Shown here piece after piece: positions 63,401 through 64,000 of a DNA stretch of 64,000 nt. The notes below the pieces were generated by a model that saw only the letters and a program-made list of their open reading frames with translations, searched no databases and was not told the origin of the DNA. Position 1 is the first letter of the stretch; the number at the start of each line of letters is the position of its first letter. The translations under genes were made by a program, and so were the position numbers. Source of the stretch: Lingula anatina (lineage: Eukaryota; Animalia; Brachiopoda); the NCBI GenBank assembly GCA_051362555.1, contig CM120640.1, positions 41,332,788 through 41,396,787 on the forward strand, written 5' to 3'.

Positions 63401-64000
63401 AAAACAGGTCCCCAAACCCCTTAGATCTCCATTCAAACAGAAGCAATATGATTTACAATAAAGCCTCTCAATGGAAAGTTTTTTTTCCACCATGTATTGT
63501 TTGGGCACAGGTATGGGAAGATAGCACGGCATCAAAGATATTATTTACAAGATACCAAATGGACTGCACTTAAAATCGGGGGTATTCACATGAGCATTGT
63601 GCGGCTGCCTCTTAACCAATCAGCGCTATCTCCCCATTGTCATGGCTTCCCTTTCACTGCATAGAAAATAAATGAGATTAGGGCCATCCCTTTGACGAAG
63701 GTCTAGTGAAGCGCACACCATCTATTCTCTGTAGATTTGCCCCTGCCTCTCTTGATATCACCTTCTATTCATTTCCAATTACCATGATCTTTAGGCGTTT
63801 GATTGCAACTGACACATGACGGCTACAAAGGCCGAGGAAATTAACTCACGTACTGTACACAAGCTTCAAGTCAACTTTTTTCCTGACGCAGAAACTTTGA
63901 ATTATTTCTAAGATTTTGCCATGACTGATCACTGTGCCTGGAAAACATGTCAGCTCTGTGCTTGTTTGCATGAAAACCATTGAAGAGTTAATTACTCAAG

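Overview
AT-rich animal genomic DNA with spliceosomal introns, probably from a lophotrochozoan or other marine invertebrate (inference). Two complete minus-strand genes were assembled by hand from GT-AG exons with consistent phases. LZTR1 (Kelch-BTB-BACK) has 19 coding exons at 7084-18057 and encodes 781 aa. A LIM-homeobox Lhx1/5 gene has 6 coding exons at 25902-45102, encodes 422 aa, and sits in a large CpG-rich non-coding domain. LZTR1 intron 11 holds a 2500-bp nested transposon: an outer element with perfect 72-bp TIRs, an 8(-9)-bp TSD and a RecQ-type helicase remnant (AcademH-like), interrupted by a hAT-like element with a 7-bp TSD and an internal 214-bp tandem duplication. Also present are a 34-bp G-rich minisatellite, MITEs, a Helentron-type (HINE) insertion, and a candidate unannotated spliced gene or pseudogene with an 11-nt microexon encoding a 6-Cys peptide (3731-5661). 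No tRNA, rRNA or CRISPR array is supported.
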